Part shown: positions 25,746 to 35,222 of the stretch, piece after piece
How positions within the stretch are numbered: position 1 is the first letter of the stretch
How the letters are laid out: each line of letters opens with the position of its first letter
From: Flavobacteriales bacterium
GTDB lineage: Bacteria; Bacteroidota; Bacteroidia; Flavobacteriales_D; JABDKJ01
DNA: 39,047 bases
Direction of reading: 5' to 3'
Assembly (NCBI GenBank): GCA_013001705.1
Contig: JABDLZ010000310.1
Location: 1-39,047, forward strand
Made by a program: the position numbers and the translations under genes
Notes under the pieces: generated by a model
The model's input: only the letters and a program-made list of their open reading frames with translations
The model's database searches: none
Told to the model about the DNA's origin: nothing

Positions 25746-28247
25746 ATGTCGAAGGGCCAGTCCAAGCGAACACCACGAAAAGGGAAAAAGAAGAATAAGA
25801 AGAAGCTCGATCTGAGCACTGCGCGTTTGACCCAGTGGATGAGCAGTAGACGTACCAGACGTGTATTCGGATTATTCCTTTGTCTCACCGCACTGCTGGT
25901 CACCATCGCATACTGTTCCTATCTCTTCACCTGGCAGGAAGATCAATCTTTCCTCATGGGAAGCGTCAATGATCTGCTAGGGGATAAGACCATCAAGGTC
26001 AAGAACCTGCTCGGGAAATTCGGAGCCATCATCTCCCATGCGAGTTTCTACAATGGTTTCGGTATAGCCTCCTTCATCTTTCCCTTCATATTGGTCCTTT
26101 TCGGTGTGAAGGCCATTTCCAAGAAATACTTCCTACCCCTATGGCAGACCCTAGGGATCGCTTCGTTCACCTTGATCTGGTCCGCATTGTTCTTCGGGGT
26201 TTTCTTCAGTTCTACCGTGCATCTGGGTGGCCGGGTAGGCTACGAGGCCACGCTTTGGTCTGAAAGCATCTTCGGTGGGGTAGGAACGGTAGCGATTCTG
26301 GCATTCAGCCTTCTCTCGTTCATCCTGGTGGTGTTCAATCCGGGCTTTGCCTGGGTGGATAGTTCGATGGCCTGGCTCCAAGACAAATGGCGCTTGCAGA
26401 TGGCAGGGGTCTCAGATGTAGAGAGTGTAAGTGATGATACTCTGGAGACCATAGTCGATCGGCCTTCAGAATCCATTCCTATGCCGGTCTCTGAAAAGGA
26501 TATCGAAATAGAGGATGAGATTCTGGCCAATATCCTCTCTGATGATGATGACGAAGAACCCACACTCAGCCAAGAACTCACTCCAGAAGTACCTCAGTCA
26601 GAAAAGAAGGACTCCAATGCCAATGAGGATGATTTCTCGATAGAGGTAGAAGTGGCCAAAGAAGAGCAGGTACTTTCCGAGAAAGAACTGAACGCCAAGA
26701 CCAAGGAATTCGGTGAGTATGACCCCACCTTGGATCTATCCTCCTTCAAAGCACCAGGCATCGACCTATTGATCGACTATGGTGGAAATGAACTCAGCGT
26801 GAGCAAGGAGGAGCTCGAAGAGAACAAGAACCGGATAGTCGAGACGCTGGGGAATTACAAGATCGGAATCTCCAAGATCAAAGCGACCATAGGGCCGACT
26901 GTTACCCTCTATGAGATCGTGCCTGAGGCAGGAGTGCGTATCTCCAAGATCAAGAATCTGGAAGATGATATCGCACTCAGTCTGGCGGCTTTGGGCATAC
27001 GGATCATCGCTCCTATCCCTGGTAAAGGGACCATCGGGATCGAAGTGCCTAATTCCAATCCCGACACGGTCTCCATGCGCACCGTGATCGCTTCTGACAA
27101 GTTCCAGAATTCTGAAATGGCCCTACCTATCGCACTGGGGAAGACCATCAGCAACGAGACCTTCGTCACCGATCTGGCCAAGATGCCTCACCTACTGATG
27201 GCCGGGGCTACCGGACAGGGTAAATCCGTAGGCTTGAATGCTATTCTCGTTTCTCTGCTTTACAAGAAACACCCTTCTCAGATCAAGTTCGTCCTGGTGG
27301 ACCCTAAAAAGGTGGAGCTGACCTTGTTCAATAAGATCGAGCGCCACTACCTGGCCAAGCTACCTGGGGATGACTCTGAGGCCATTATCACGGATACCAG
27401 CAAGGTGGTGACTACTCTCAACAGCCTCTGCGTGGAGATGGATCAACGCTATGACCTGCTCAAGGACGCCCAAGTGCGTAATATCAAAGAGTACAACGCC
27501 AAGTTCATCAAGCGGAAGCTCAACCCGGAGAATGGACACCGCTACCTCCCTTATATCGTGCTGGTGGTAGACGAATTTGCCGATCTGATCATGACGGCCG
27601 GCAAAGAAGTGGAGAATCCCATCGCCCGACTGGCCCAGCTCGCCCGAGCCATCGGAATACACTTGATCATAGCGACCCAACGTCCTTCGGTCAATATCAT
27701 CACCGGTACCATCAAAGCTAATTTCCCAGCACGTATCGCATTCCGAGTTACCTCTAAGATCGATTCACGAACCATTCTCGATGCTGGTGGGGCCGATCAG
27801 TTGATCGGACGTGGGGATATGCTCCTCAATAGTGGTTCTGAGGTGATCAGACTCCAATGTGCCTTCGTTGACACGCCTGAAGTGGAACAGATCTGCGAGT
27901 TCATCGGCAATCAACGTGGCTATCCAGAAGCCTTCATCCTACCGGAATATATCGATGAAAATGCCTCTGAAGTAGGAGGCCTGGATGCAAGCGACCGGGA
28001 TGAACTCTTCGAAGATGCCGCACGGGTCATCGTGAGTCATCAGCAGGGAAGTACCTCACTCATCCAGCGTAAGTTGAAACTCGGATATAACCGGGCGGGC
28101 AGATTGATCGATCAGCTCGAAGCGGCAGGTATCGTAGGTCCATTCAAAGGGTCCAAGGCCAGAGAGGTGCTCATCCCCGATGAATATACTTTGGAACAGT
28201 TCTTGAACAGTGAGGCTTCAGTGGATCAAAACCTCGAGAATCTATGA
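25746..28247 (+). CDS. ftsK: DNA translocase FtsK
   Basis: Basic N-terminus, four to five TM helices, an acidic linker, the motor domain with Walker A 'AGATGQGKS' and 'VVDEFADL', and a C-terminal winged-helix gamma domain ('GSTSLIQRKLKLGYNRAGRLIDQLE'). Confidence 0.93.
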   Translation: MSKGQSKRTPRKGKKKNKKKLDLSTARLTQWMSSRRTRRVFGLFLCLTALLVTIAYCSYLFTWQEDQSFLMGSVNDLLGDKTIKVKNLLGKFGAIISHASFYNGFGIASFIFPFILVLFGVKAISKKYFLPLWQTLGIASFTLIWSALFFGVFFSSTVHLGGRVGYEATLWSESIFGGVGTVAILAFSLLSFILVVFNPGFAWVDSSMAWLQDKWRLQMAGVSDVESVSDDTLETIVDRPSESIPMPVSEKDIEIEDEILANILSDDDDEEPTLSQELTPEVPQSEKKDSNANEDDFSIEVEVAKEEQVLSEKELNAKTKEFGEYDPTLDLSSFKAPGIDLLIDYGGNELSVSKEELEENKNRIVETLGNYKIGISKIKATIGPTVTLYEIVPEAGVRISKIKNLEDDIALSLAALGIRIIAPIPGKGTIGIEVPNSNPDTVSMRTVIASDKFQNSEMALPIALGKTISNETFVTDLAKMPHLLMAGATGQGKSVGLNAILVSLLYKKHPSQIKFVLVDPKKVELTLFNKIERHYLAKLPGDDSEAIITDTSKVVTTLNSLCVEMDQRYDLLKDAQVRNIKEYNAKFIKRKLNPENGHRYLPYIVLVVDEFADLIMTAGKEVENPIARLAQLARAIGIHLIIATQRPSVNIITGTIKANFPARIAFRVTSKIDSRTILDAGGADQLIGRGDMLLNSGSEVIRLQCAFVDTPEVEQICEFIGNQRGYPEAFILPEYIDENASEVGGLDASDRDELFEDAARVIVSHQQGSTSLIQRKLKLGYNRAGRLIDQLEAAGIVGPFKGSKAREVLIPDEYTLEQFLNSEASVDQNLENL

Positions 28248-28906
28248 AATTCAAGACAATACCTTTCCTGATAGCCATTCTTTCACTGACCCTTTTCAGT
28301 GGCAATGCACTCCATGCTCAAGATGAGAAGGCCGAAGCCATCCTTAGTAAGTTGAGCGAGAAGATGAAGCAGTTTGAGAGTGTATCGGCCACCTTCAGCT
28401 CCAAGATGATCGACAAGCAGGCCGATATGGAAGTGGATCAGAGTGGGAGCATCAAAGTCTCCGGGGATAATTATAAGCTCCAGTTAGGTGATATCATGGT
28501 GATATGTGATGGAGAGAACGTATGGACCTACTCCAAGAAGAGCAATGAGGTAATGATCGATCTGGCCGAGGATATCTACGATGAAGAAGGAATAGAGCCG
28601 GCAGAACTATTCACTATCTGGGAGACCGGCTTCAAGTCGCAGCATGCGGGTGAAGAAACCGTGAATGGAACAGATTGTGAGATCGTCAAGCTCTTTCCCA
28701 ATGAGCCTCAAGAGAAGGTATTCCACACCATCAAGATCTACATCGATCCAGAAGCACTGGAGATGAAACGTGCCATGATCCTAGGTAAGGAAGGGAATGA
28801 TACGGTCTACAATATCACTTCCTTCGATACGGGCTATATCCAAAGCACGGAATTCAAGTTCGACCGATCGGCCTTTCCAGGCGTAGAAGTCATAGATAAT
28901 CGATGA
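28244..28906 (+). CDS. lolA: outer-membrane lipoprotein carrier protein LolA-like
   Basis: 220 aa with a signal peptide. ATGA overlap with ftsK, in the ftsK-lolA arrangement common in Bacteroidota. Composition is LolA-fold-like ('SATFSSKMIDKQ', 'VWTYSKKSNEV'). Confidence 0.8.
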   Translation: MKFKTIPFLIAILSLTLFSGNALHAQDEKAEAILSKLSEKMKQFESVSATFSSKMIDKQADMEVDQSGSIKVSGDNYKLQLGDIMVICDGENVWTYSKKSNEVMIDLAEDIYDEEGIEPAELFTIWETGFKSQHAGEETVNGTDCEIVKLFPNEPQEKVFHTIKIYIDPEALEMKRAMILGKEGNDTVYNITSFDTGYIQSTEFKFDRSAFPGVEVIDNR

Positions 28907-28922
28907 ACCTGAAGCTCTCCAC

Positions 28923-29357
28923 CTAGAAGGTGAAGATGACCAAAGACCATACGCTGCAATAGAGCAGCAAGAACCAGTATCCATCGAATCGTCTACGCTC
29001 AATGGTCAGATAGATGAATGCTCCCACAGTGATGAGGAGCGAATACTGTACCACTTGGATGCCCTGAAGACTGAGCAATTTGAAGATGAGCATGGTTACA
29101 AATGGTATCAAGGTCAAAGGGATGAGCAAGCGACTCCGTTTGGATTCTCCAGCTCGATCGAGCCACATGAGTGCTCCCAGTCCTAGCGAGACCATGATCA
29201 TCAGTCCCAATGCATGGTAAAAGAGACCACTGGGGTCCAGAATGAAGAGCAGAGGAGCTAGCGCTGCAGCCAACGAAAGGACCAGCAATGTCCACATGCG
29301 GTCTTTGACAGACAGGACACACGCAATAAGACCTATTACAATGAGAACGTAGTACAT
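28923..29357 (-). CDS. small integral membrane protein, function unknown
   Basis: Four to five hydrophobic helices. The start is ambiguous between ATG 29357 (MYYVLIVIG...) and GTG 29390. Confidence 0.5.
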   Translation of the reverse strand: MYYVLIVIGLIACVLSVKDRMWTLLVLSLAAALAPLLFILDPSGLFYHALGLMIMVSLGLGALMWLDRAGESKRSRLLIPLTLIPFVTMLIFKLLSLQGIQVVQYSLLITVGAFIYLTIERRRFDGYWFLLLYCSVWSLVIFTF

Positions 29358-29471
29358 GCCCCTAAAGAAAGGCAATCCAGAAATTCTCACATTTTTTGTA
29401 AATTGCTGATAATCAGCAGATAAAAATTGTTAATGAGCTGTTAATTCGGGAACCTTGGTAGAGTTTGGCCG

Positions 29472-29479
29472 TAGATTTG
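29472..29479 (+). promoter_or_regulatory. -7 promoter box TAGATTTG (TAnnTTTG) for the DUF1573 gene
   Basis: Perfect match with 41 nt between the box and ATG 29521. Confidence 0.45.
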
Positions 29480-29520
29480 TGTAGTTCAAACAAAGAATCG
29501 AACAATTAAAAACCCATACG

Positions 29521-29967
29521 ATGAAGAATACATTGATGTTATTGGCTGCGGTACTCCTACTAGGATTCACTGCACAAGCCCAGACGGAAGTGGCCAATGG
29601 CCCAGTGATCTCAGTAGATAAGGATGTACACGACTACGGTGAGTTGGAGAAAGGCGGTGATCCATACTGCGAATTCACCATCACCAACAAAGGAAATGAG
29701 CCTTTGATCATCTCCAATGCCAAAGGATCATGTGGATGTACTGTTCCTGAGTGGTCAAAAGAGCCGATTCTTCCAGGAGAAAGCACGGTCATGAAAGTGA
29801 AATACGACACCAAGCGTGTCGGTCCTATCAACAAGAGTGTCACCGTGACGTCCAACGCCTCCAACGAGCCTACCAAGGTCCTTCGTATCAGAGGTAAGGT
29901 ACTGGCGCCTGTAGAAGGTTCTGCTCCTGTCAAGGAGACACCTGCCGGTGCTCCTGTGGTGAAGTAA
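29521..29967 (+). CDS. DUF1573 domain-containing secreted protein
   Basis: Signal peptide. 'FTITNKGNEPLIISNAKGSCGCTVPEWSKEPILPGESTVMKVKYDT' is the hallmark DUF1573 core. Confidence 0.8.
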   Translation: MKNTLMLLAAVLLLGFTAQAQTEVANGPVISVDKDVHDYGELEKGGDPYCEFTITNKGNEPLIISNAKGSCGCTVPEWSKEPILPGESTVMKVKYDTKRVGPINKSVTVTSNASNEPTKVLRIRGKVLAPVEGSAPVKETPAGAPVVK

Positions 29968-29990
29968 GCTTCACTCAACAAGATCTTACA

Positions 29991-30020
29991 CCCCTGTCAC
30001 TTCGGTGGCAGGGGTTTTTT
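29991..30020 (+). terminator. rho-independent terminator after the DUF1573 gene
   Basis: 10-bp stem CCCCTGTCAC/GTGGCAGGGG (one G-U pair) with a TTCG tetraloop, followed by TTTTTT (30015-30020). Confidence 0.78.
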
Positions 30021-30073
30021 ACTGCTTAGCTGGTAGCGATACATTAAATTCACGGTCCGAATTCGAATAGCGT

Positions 30074-31273
30074 ATGCCATCCATCTCACAGAAAGGGCAG
30101 GCCATGCCCGCATCGCCCATCAGAAAGCTCGTTCCCTATGCAGAGGGTGCCAAAGCACGAGGTATCCATGTACATCATCTCAATATAGGTCAGCCCGACA
30201 TAGAGACACCGGAAGTGGTGATGGAAGGACTCACCCAGATCGATCGCAAGGTGATCGAATACAGCCACTCTGCGGGATTCCAGAGCTACCGAGAGAAATT
30301 GGCAGACTACTACAATCGGGTGGGTACGCGCATCACGGTAGACAATGTGATCGTGACCACCGGAGGGTCTGAGGCTCTGCTCTTTGCCTTGCAGACCTGT
30401 TTCAATCCAGGCGATGAGGTCATCATACCAGAACCCTTCTATGCCAATTACAATGGATTCTCCCGGGCCGCAGGGGTCAAAGTGATTCCGATCACCGCGC
30501 GCATCGAAGACGATTATTCACTACCGCCCATCTCTGAATTCGAGGAGAAGGTAGGCGATAAGACCAAGGGTATCATCCTGTGCAATCCGGCCAATCCGAC
30601 CGGCTATCTCTACACCACAGATGAATTGATGGCCTTGCAGGACCTGGTGAAAAAGCACGACCTCTATCTCATAGCCGATGAGGTCTATCGCGAATTCTGC
30701 TATGACGATGCCATTCCGCGTTCCTGTCTCAAACTGAATGAGATCGAGCAGAATGTGATCGTAGTGGATTCTGTGTCCAAGAGATACAGCATGTGCGGTG
30801 CCCGGGTGGGCGCCATGGTCACAAAGAATCAAGATGTGCTCGACACGGTCATGAAATTTGCACAGGCCCGGCTCAGTCCGCCTACACTGGGCCAGATCGC
30901 AGGAGAGATGGCCTTGGATACCCCACAGAGTTACTTCGATGAGGTTAATCGGGAATACAACATGAGGCGCAACGTACTGGTGGATGGATTGAAATCCATT
31001 CCAGGCGTACTATGTCCCAAGCCCAAAGGGGCCTTCTATTGTATGGCACGCTTACCCATCGATGACAGCGACCGCTTCTGCCAGTGGATCCTAGAAGAAT
31101 TCCAATGGAACGGGAGCACTGTCATGATGGCACCAGGAAGTGGATTCTACGCGACCGAAGGGGCCGGAAAAGATGAGGTCAGACTGGCCTATGTACTCAA
31201 GCAAGAAGACCTTTTGGAGTCGGTATTGATCATACGGGAGGCCTTGAAAGTCTATCCAGGAACCAAACAGTGA
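30074..31273 (+). CDS. pyridoxal-phosphate-dependent aminotransferase (class I, aspartate aminotransferase-like)
   Basis: 'MPASPIRKL' N-terminal motif, 'PANPTG', and the PLP-lysine motif 'DSVSKRYSMCGARVG'. Confidence 0.88.
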   Translation: MPSISQKGQAMPASPIRKLVPYAEGAKARGIHVHHLNIGQPDIETPEVVMEGLTQIDRKVIEYSHSAGFQSYREKLADYYNRVGTRITVDNVIVTTGGSEALLFALQTCFNPGDEVIIPEPFYANYNGFSRAAGVKVIPITARIEDDYSLPPISEFEEKVGDKTKGIILCNPANPTGYLYTTDELMALQDLVKKHDLYLIADEVYREFCYDDAIPRSCLKLNEIEQNVIVVDSVSKRYSMCGARVGAMVTKNQDVLDTVMKFAQARLSPPTLGQIAGEMALDTPQSYFDEVNREYNMRRNVLVDGLKSIPGVLCPKPKGAFYCMARLPIDDSDRFCQWILEEFQWNGSTVMMAPGSGFYATEGAGKDEVRLAYVLKQEDLLESVLIIREALKVYPGTKQ

Positions 31274-31668
31274 TGGCATTCTCATTCTTCAAAAAGAACA
31301 GTTCGGATCATGCAGATCCCGAGTCCATGTGGACCGCTCTTCGCTCCTTGGATCAGTGGGAACAAATAGTAAAGAAGTCACATGATACTCCGCAATTGAT
31401 ATTCAAGCACAGCACCCGCTGTGGTGTCAGTCGCATGGTACTTAGAGAATTCGAGAGAGAGTGGCAAGGTGATCATCCCTGCTATTATCTGGACCTATTG
31501 GCCCACAGGGATGTTTCCAATGCTATTGCAGAATCCACGGGCGTGCTTCATCAAAGCCCCCAGATCATCATTCTTAAAGAAGGGAAGGCCATCTATGATG
31601 CATCCCATCAATCTATCTCTGCTCAAGAAAGTCTGGCGAAAATCGAGATCGCGATCAACGCACAATAG
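31273..31668 (+). CDS. ytxJ: YtxJ-like monothiol thioredoxin-fold protein (bacillithiol-system type)
   Basis: ~131 aa with 'FKHSTRCGVS' (TxxC monothiol motif) and 'SPQIIILKEGKAIY'. The ATG overlaps the aminotransferase TGA by 1 nt (TGATG). Confidence 0.7.
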   Translation: MAFSFFKKNSSDHADPESMWTALRSLDQWEQIVKKSHDTPQLIFKHSTRCGVSRMVLREFEREWQGDHPCYYLDLLAHRDVSNAIAESTGVLHQSPQIIILKEGKAIYDASHQSISAQESLAKIEIAINAQ

Positions 31669-34600
31669 TGATCATACCCATCTTCTCTATCCGATCGGTA
31701 GCGGTGGCAGGTTTGGCCTGTATCCTCCAGATATAGGTGCCATCCGGTACATAGTACTCTTCTTCACTGGGTCCTTGTCCATTCCATAGGGTAGGATACT
31801 CATTGGTCTCGAAGACCACCGTGCCCCATCTATCGAAGACCTGGAAAGTATAGAATACCGGATCCAGATTCTGTATCTCCAATCGGAAGATGTCATTGAT
31901 GCCATCGTCATTGGGTGAGAAGGCCGTAGGAACGAATAGTTGGAATTCATCCATGATCTCGATATCCACTCGAGTAGAATCCGTGCAACCGATACTATCA
32001 GTGATGACCAATTGTACCGTGTAGATGTCAGGCACCGTGGGGAACAGGAAGAAGGGATGTTCTTCTTCCGAAGTGCCCACGTTATTCTCTATCCCGAACA
32101 TCCAGTCATTGAAGATATTGTTCTCAGAGAAGTTAGTGAAGGTGATCAGTGGGTCGAATATGCCTGTGCGCACCGGGTCAGCGGCAAAAAGGGCTTCCGG
32201 TGGAGTGGGGGAGGCCACCAAGGCTTCCGCACTACCCTCGCATCCGTTGGGATCTGCGATCACCACTTCATAGAAACCTCCACAGAGGGTATTGTTCACA
32301 CTATCCGACTGGAAGGTGTCGCCACCATCGAAACTATAATTCTCAGCGACAGGGCTGTAGATGATCAATTCACCATCACAGGCTCCCAGACAGGATTCCC
32401 GCGTAGTCGCCACCGAATCGATGATGGGTGCTGGGGGTTGGTCCACAAATACCTCGATGGAAGTGGCACAGCTATCATTGTCTTTGAGCGTGACGGTATA
32501 GGTACCATAGCATAGATCCAGTGCCTCATTGGGTGTGGCCCCTTCCGTACCGGCTGAGAAGACATAGGTATAGTCGGCCAAGGGGGGATTTACATTCCCA
32601 TTGGCACCGGTGACCAGAATCTCACCTGTACATTCTCCAAAGCAGAAAGGCTCGGTGACCGTAGCATCTATATCGATGCCATCAAAGAAGGATACCTCGA
32701 TCGTGGAGGAGGTCGGGCAGGAGGTGCCATCCAAGTCGGTCCATGTGAGCTCATAGACACCCGGTGTGGTGGCGCTGACTATGGTGTTGTGCGATGTAGG
32801 ATTCTGGAATACGACATCCGTTCCTGCTGGGGCCGTCCATTCTCCATTGGGGATATCCGTTGCATCCAGCTGATATTGCATGGCACAAAGGGCCAGGTCG
32901 GTACCTGCTTCCAAAGCTCCTGAAACGAAGAGGGTCACCTCATCGGTAAATCGGCAATCAGGGTGATTCGGTTGCCAGACCTCTACGGTGAATGTGGTAG
33001 TCTCTACCAGACCGTTGACCGTAGGATTCTGTGCGCTCGGATTATTCAGGTTCTCCACCGGGGTCCAACTATAACTTAGCGGGGGTTCGGGTGGATAGCA
33101 GAATGCCAGCCCATTGAAGGCTAATCCGCTGGTCGGCTCTGTGCCGAACTCTCCATCGGAGAAGACCACATCGCCATTGGCATTGAAGAGTATGTATTCG
33201 TTCTGGGAAGGATCCTGAGTGGCTCCCACACCTCCTGGTGTATAGATGATCTCTATGGTGGACTCGTGATTCACTGGGATATCGAAACTTAGACTCACAC
33301 CGTCTGCATCGGTCAGTGTGTAGAAGCTGGAAGTTCCATCCACGATCAGTTCCACCTCTCCTCCGAACCAGCCATTGCCCCAGGTATCAAGCAGGACCAA
33401 TTCGTACACGCAGTCATCGGCAGCTTGGGTGTCTAGGAAGACATTCAATTGATAGGGTTCTTCGCAATTGATCTCCGCATCATCTCCGGCATTGGGCTGC
33501 AGTGGATCCAGTACCGTGATAGTCACGGTGGTATCGTAGGAACAACCGAAGTCATTGGATGTCGTATAGGTATAGTCGTACGTCCCGGGTTCAGTGGGTT
33601 CTACGGTGATGGTGTTGGCATCATCGGAGATGGAAGTGATGAACTGACCTGCATCCCAAGCCGAGCTGTCAGCTCCTTGACCCCAGATCGGAGTGAAGGT
33701 GGTCACACCAGGAAAGAGTTCTGGATTGAGGTCGATTCCCCATTCGAAGATGTATCCATCATCGATACCTAGATTGTCGGTCACGATAAAGGTCCAGGTT
33801 CCATTCAATGGACATCCGACCAGATCACAAAGGTCCTCTTGGGATTGATAGATGCCCGGGTTGACGATATTATTAGTCTCTGCATCACCATCTGCATTGG
33901 TATAGCTCACACTGGTCCAGTTGGAGTTCTCATAGAAGAAACCCATAGTTGACAGCGGTGACCATCCATAGTCGTAACCCACTCCAGGTGCGACACCAGG
34001 ATCATTGGCTTCTCCCAGATAGGTTCCTCCACCTCCAGAACCGAATTCATGTAGGACTACAGAAGTCCCATCGGGACACTCTATGATCATCTCCAGATCT
34101 CCCAGATAGGAATGCACCATATTGATGTTGATCTGCAATAGATCGTCACAATTCTCCAAGGTCGCATCCGGCTCGAAGAAGTCAAAGGTCAACGTAGACT
34201 CGAAATCGAATCCAAGGTCATCGGCCAAGTAGGTCTCTCCAGCAACTACCTGCGGAGGTAAGGCTGTCCAAGTGACTCCTTCAGCAGTAGCTCCAAGGGT
34301 GATGGTCTCCCCGATACAGGTCTCATTCGGATAATCTATCTGAACATCTGGAAGCGTACTGACAATGATCTGTAAGGGTGTGACATTCAAACTTTGACAA
34401 CCATTGTTGTCTTCTACCGTCAGGCTGACCAAGAATTCTCCCGCTTCATTGAAGGTGTGAGAAGCTGTGATACCGCTCAGGGTATCGGACTCGGAACCAT
34501 CATCGAAATTCCATATGTATTGACCGATGGTGAATCCTGGGGCGGCTGAAGAGCCAGAGCCAGAAAAAGTCACTTCATCACCAATACAGATAGAAACACT

Positions 34601-35122
34601 GTCCAATCCTGCGACCGGTGGTGCGGGAGTCTGGATAGTTGAATTCTGGGTAGGTGCATCACATGGAGTCGTACATGAAATGTTGCCGATCCAACCGGCA
34701 TTCCCTCCGGTATTATTGGTCGGAGAGATGAATTCGAAAGTGAGGCATCCGGTGAGGTTAGAGGTACTCCCGGTGATGGTCAGGCCGGCCAGGTCATCAC
34801 CAAAATAAGATCCTGCATATGGCGCTGAAGTATCATCTCCTTGATAGATATTGAGTACATCGCTGTTATTGGGATTGGGGCTGGTCTGTAGATCAAAACC
34901 GATGAAATAGATCTGCACTACATCTCCAGGTACGTCTGGGCAGATGGTGAAGGTGTGTTCCGCTCCTGAATAGGGCCCTTCCGTGCCATCATCAACAAAT
35001 GTCCCAAAGCAGGTGGTGACAGTTTCTCCATCTGCAATGGCATACTCTTCCTGACCTAGAATCACTATCTGGGTCAGTAGGAGTAAGAAGGTCAGTAAAA
35101 AAGGCTTTGTCATGCTGTTCAT
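31655..35122 (-). CDS. large secreted multidomain T9SS cargo protein (adhesin-like) with type-B C-terminal sorting domain
   Basis: 1155 aa with a signal peptide. It has a CUB-like N-domain and a PKD domain ('WNFDDGSESD...HTFNEAGEFLVSLTVEDNNGC'). There is a proprotein-convertase P-domain-like segment ('HSYLGDLEMIIECPDGTSVVLH') and SprB-type repeats ('CFGECTGEILV', 'CLGACDGELII'). The protein ends in a CHU_C-type CTD. Confidence 0.9.
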   Translation of the reverse strand: MNSMTKPFLLTFLLLLTQIVILGQEEYAIADGETVTTCFGTFVDDGTEGPYSGAEHTFTICPDVPGDVVQIYFIGFDLQTSPNPNNSDVLNIYQGDDTSAPYAGSYFGDDLAGLTITGSTSNLTGCLTFEFISPTNNTGGNAGWIGNISCTTPCDAPTQNSTIQTPAPPVAGLDSVSICIGDEVTFSGSGSSAAPGFTIGQYIWNFDDGSESDTLSGITASHTFNEAGEFLVSLTVEDNNGCQSLNVTPLQIIVSTLPDVQIDYPNETCIGETITLGATAEGVTWTALPPQVVAGETYLADDLGFDFESTLTFDFFEPDATLENCDDLLQININMVHSYLGDLEMIIECPDGTSVVLHEFGSGGGGTYLGEANDPGVAPGVGYDYGWSPLSTMGFFYENSNWTSVSYTNADGDAETNNIVNPGIYQSQEDLCDLVGCPLNGTWTFIVTDNLGIDDGYIFEWGIDLNPELFPGVTTFTPIWGQGADSSAWDAGQFITSISDDANTITVEPTEPGTYDYTYTTSNDFGCSYDTTVTITVLDPLQPNAGDDAEINCEEPYQLNVFLDTQAADDCVYELVLLDTWGNGWFGGEVELIVDGTSSFYTLTDADGVSLSFDIPVNHESTIEIIYTPGGVGATQDPSQNEYILFNANGDVVFSDGEFGTEPTSGLAFNGLAFCYPPEPPLSYSWTPVENLNNPSAQNPTVNGLVETTTFTVEVWQPNHPDCRFTDEVTLFVSGALEAGTDLALCAMQYQLDATDIPNGEWTAPAGTDVVFQNPTSHNTIVSATTPGVYELTWTDLDGTSCPTSSTIEVSFFDGIDIDATVTEPFCFGECTGEILVTGANGNVNPPLADYTYVFSAGTEGATPNEALDLCYGTYTVTLKDNDSCATSIEVFVDQPPAPIIDSVATTRESCLGACDGELIIYSPVAENYSFDGGDTFQSDSVNNTLCGGFYEVVIADPNGCEGSAEALVASPTPPEALFAADPVRTGIFDPLITFTNFSENNIFNDWMFGIENNVGTSEEEHPFFLFPTVPDIYTVQLVITDSIGCTDSTRVDIEIMDEFQLFVPTAFSPNDDGINDIFRLEIQNLDPVFYTFQVFDRWGTVVFETNEYPTLWNGQGPSEEEYYVPDGTYIWRIQAKPATATDRIEKMGMITIVR
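31658..31945 (-). other. T9SS type-B (CHU_C / gliding-motility-associated) C-terminal sorting domain
   Basis: 'FVPTAFSPNDDGINDIF...FQVFDRWGTVVFE...WNGQ...VPDGTYIWRI' matches the type-B CTD signature. Confidence 0.88.
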
Positions 35123-35222
35123 CTTTCCTGTATGGCCGTGCTGATCAAAAGGTAAAGATACCTTAACTCGACATTCTGTAATACCCTTTCAGCGCATAGT
35201 ATTGGACTGCAAATCAGGTATT

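Noticed and set aside
31940-32515. A 191-aa plus-strand ORF inside the 1155-aa T9SS cargo gene.
   Set aside because: It is antisense to a gene with multiple recognisable domains, including the CTD. Its translation has no motifs and a composition typical of antisense frames.
35149-35164. A hairpin (AAGGTA-AAGA-TACCTT) between the two T9SS cargo genes as a terminator.
   Set aside because: The stem is only 6 bp and AT-rich, with a weak T-tract on the minus strand. It is too marginal to call, and the two genes may be co-transcribed.
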